In this document: piece after piece, positions 61,753 to 64,000 of the stretch
How positions within the stretch are numbered: the stretch's first letter is position 1
Layout: each line of letters starts with the position of its first letter
From: an uncultured bacterium
GTDB taxonomy: Bacteria; Hydrothermota; UBA3073; NMUJ01; CBEVQO01
Assembly: GCA_965552055.1 (NCBI GenBank)
Contig: CBEVQO010000001.1
Span: 192,001 to 256,000 of the forward strand
DNA: 64,000 nt
Reading direction: 5' to 3'
The notes under the pieces: model-generated
Seen by the model: the letters and a program-made list of their open reading frames with translations, nothing else
What the model was told of the DNA's origin: nothing
Database searches by the model: none
Made by a program: the position numbers and the translations under genes

Positions 61753-62630
61753 AACATAATCTGAAAGAGAATTTTTGTAAATGTTTGCCAAGATTTTTCC
61801 CCTTTCTCCAATAAAATATAATTTCCCTGCAATCTCAAATTGTAACCTTTTATGTAGTAATTAAAACCGAAAGTTAATTTTTTCTCACTATCGCCTGTAT
61901 TCTCCCTATCAGGGTCATAGTATTCATATCTTATAACAGGTTCAAATCTTCTTATCCTGTATCCACATGAAACATAATAACCAAGCCCTTTTGTTTCATC
62001 GTCTCTTGTATATATAATCTCATTTCTTAAAGTAAAAGGAGACTTTATTTCAAACTGGAAATTATATCTCTCTTTTGGAACCGCTGTATCTTCTCCTGCT
62101 TTTCCATAGTAAATAGCAAAGCCCGCTCTTATGTATCTGTATCGGGGTACAAATCTCACAATTATATCTTTAAATTTATTGATTTCTTCTTTATTTAATC
62201 CTTCTCCATTTATCAATGCAAAATTAATTTCTGCCCATTTTAATTTGTAAAAGAGTCCCACTCCCATATCCCTTGCAGGCACTATTCCCGTTATTATTGC
62301 ATTATCAATAAAATCCCTTTTTGGAAAAGATATCAATCTTTCCATTGAAAAAGGAGGTTTAAACTGCCCGAACCTTATTTCTCCCTGTCTGAACCTGTAT
62401 CTCCCATAAACATCAAACGCAGAATATTTAAAATATTTGTCAAGAGAAATAAGAAAGCGATATCCGAATCCCTTAGCTATATCGCCATCTATACCCAGTG
62501 ATGTCTTGCCAAGAGAAAACTCATTAAAGGAGTCATGCAATGTGAATTTGGTTTGAAGCACTCCAAGTATCCTGTAATCCTGTGCCCACAAACTTTGTGC
62601 TACTAACAAAACAATGAGCCAGCGCCTCAT
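61749..62630 (-). CDS. OprO/OprP-like porin
   Basis: Signal peptide; RFGQFKPPFSME, RDMG, INGEG, RYEYYDPD, GFNYY. Confidence 0.8.
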   Translation of the reverse strand: MRRWLIVLLVAQSLWAQDYRILGVLQTKFTLHDSFNEFSLGKTSLGIDGDIAKGFGYRFLISLDKYFKYSAFDVYGRYRFRQGEIRFGQFKPPFSMERLISFPKRDFIDNAIITGIVPARDMGVGLFYKLKWAEINFALINGEGLNKEEINKFKDIIVRFVPRYRYIRAGFAIYYGKAGEDTAVPKERYNFQFEIKSPFTLRNEIIYTRDDETKGLGYYVSCGYRIRRFEPVIRYEYYDPDRENTGDSEKKLTFGFNYYIKGYNLRLQGNYILLEKGEKSWQTFTKILFQIML

Positions 62631-62672
62631 ACTCCCTCCTTTTATCATTTTCCTTCGTTTTTGTTATAAATT

Positions 62673-64000
62673 TTATGATACCTTTGCTTCATTTTTCAAG
62701 TCTTTCTCTATCTTTACTGCATGAAATTTATCTGTTTCATGCTTAAGTTTTACTGTAATATTGGAAAAGAAATCTTTCAGGTATCGCTTCACATCTTCTA
62801 TTTCTTTAAAAATGTAATTATTTTCGCCTATTAACCTTTCGTATATACTTTGCTCCTCACGCCCGCGTTCTCTTACTTTCTTTTCTTTTAACCATTTTTC
62901 GTCTCTATCGGTTATGAGAGTAATCAAAAGGTGCCCTTCTTTTATATACTTAAATTGCATTTCCTTCACACTTAAATGTAAGTCAAAATGGTCAGGTTGT
63001 AATGCTATAAATGCGGCATAGTCAACAAGAGCCTTGTAATTTTCTAATACCTCAGGTTCTCTTATTAATTCCTCTGATAATGGGAGTGAAGTAAGTTCAT
63101 TATTTTCAATTTTTTCAATCACATCGTTATAAAAGGATTTTACAAAGAGAGCGGATTCTGTTGGAGTTTTTGTATAGTGGTAAGATATGTTCTTTACTTC
63201 ACGAGCAAGTTTACGATATTGATATTCTTTATCGTTTTCGATAACTATCTTCTTAAGTTTGCTTTCAGTAATATCACCAACGCGGACTGTATGTATATCA
63301 ATACTGTCAACAAATCTGAAAAGTGCTGCAAGTTTTAAAAATGACCCTTTAATTTCTGGAGCTCTTTTTTTCAATATCTTTTCAAGAGTAAGAACATTTT
63401 CAGGTTTAGGCTCCTTATTCTTATAATAATCAACAGGTATCCTTCTATGAGAACCCCGAAGTTTTATATAACTTTCTTCATCTATAGGAGTATTGCTTTT
63501 ATGGTACATTACAAACAACGCAATCATCTCGCAAATGGTGAGTTTTTCTCTTTCTCTCCCATAAATAGCCTCAACAGCAGAAACATCCGAGAAGTCAAAC
63601 TTTTTGTAATAATCATCTTTACCTATAATATTAAAAACTTCAGGATATTTAAGTATTAACTCACCCGCTATATAACCATGATTGTCCCTTATGAGATGAG
63701 GCTCCCCATAATGTGAGGTACCTTTATGTCCTATGTCATGCAACCATATTGCCATGCAGAAGGAGTAAAGTAATTCGTCACTTAATTCTTTATTATCAGA
63801 ATCACAAAAGAAACCATCCTTACCTCGTCTCTTTAATAGCGGAATAATAATCTGATTTAAGTGATTCCAGTCGTTGAGTGTATGGTTAAATGCATGATCG
63901 ATCATATGATAGCATTTGTCACCGAACCATAATAGATTCTTTTTAAAATGCCAGTACCTTATATTTCCAAGCAAATTCCGGTAATATTCCTGTTTGTCAA
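62673..64000 (-). CDS. HD-superfamily phosphohydrolase domain protein (N-terminus outside window)
   Basis: DHAFNH, WLHDIGH, DNHG, YHK, RFVDSID; frame stays open to window end. Confidence 0.85.
   Translation of the reverse strand, partial: DKQEYYRNLLGNIRYWHFKKNLLWFGDKCYHMIDHAFNHTLNDWNHLNQIIIPLLKRRGKDGFFCDSDNKELSDELLYSFCMAIWLHDIGHKGTSHYGEPHLIRDNHGYIAGELILKYPEVFNIIGKDDYYKKFDFSDVSAVEAIYGREREKLTICEMIALFVMYHKSNTPIDEESYIKLRGSHRRIPVDYYKNKEPKPENVLTLEKILKKRAPEIKGSFLKLAALFRFVDSIDIHTVRVGDITESKLKKIVIENDKEYQYRKLAREVKNISYHYTKTPTESALFVKSFYNDVIEKIENNELTSLPLSEELIREPEVLENYKALVDYAAFIALQPDHFDLHLSVKEMQFKYIKEGHLLITLITDRDEKWLKEKKVRERGREEQSIYERLIGENNYIFKEIEDVKRYLKDFFSNITVKLKHETDKFHAVKIEKDLKNEAKVS

Overview
AT-rich bacterial window. 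The E/K-rich proteins, T9SS-like C-terminal domains and PorV-like gene suggest a thermophilic FCB-related lineage such as candidate division WOR-3 (inference only). 1-7.4 kb holds a very compact minus-strand operon: tRNA-Thr/Tyr/Gly/Thr-rpmG-tRNA-Trp-secE-nusG-rplKAJL-rpoB-rpoC', with no tuf. 7.5-13.9 kb holds murA, ispG, an AAA_21 ATPase/TOPRIM-like pair, panD, a short glmU, a LytR_C gene and rsfS. 13.9-35.6 kb is a T9SS-like secretion locus: a 790-aa barrel, two tandem cassettes (partner gene + Zn-phospholipase-C-like N-terminal protein) and a PorV-like gene. One cassette protein is 3970 aa. The other is truncated, shares about 0.9 kb of identical DNA and has a different N-terminus, which suggests N-terminal cassette switching. 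35.6-44.2 kb holds an archaeal-like tmcA abutting an ASCH gene (possible ac4C writer/eraser pair), a GT4, a phosphomannomutase and lipoproteins. 44.2-55.7 kb is a type III-B CRISPR-Cmr operon with an embedded CARF-HEPN effector, a 35-repeat array and cas6, with no cas1/cas2 in the window. 55.8-64 kb holds a sigma54 activator, a Liv-type ABC transporter, receiver proteins, a porin and an HD protein. Across the window, promoters show TTGACA with an unusually short 15-16 bp spacer, usually 5-6 nt before a start codon (leaderless).
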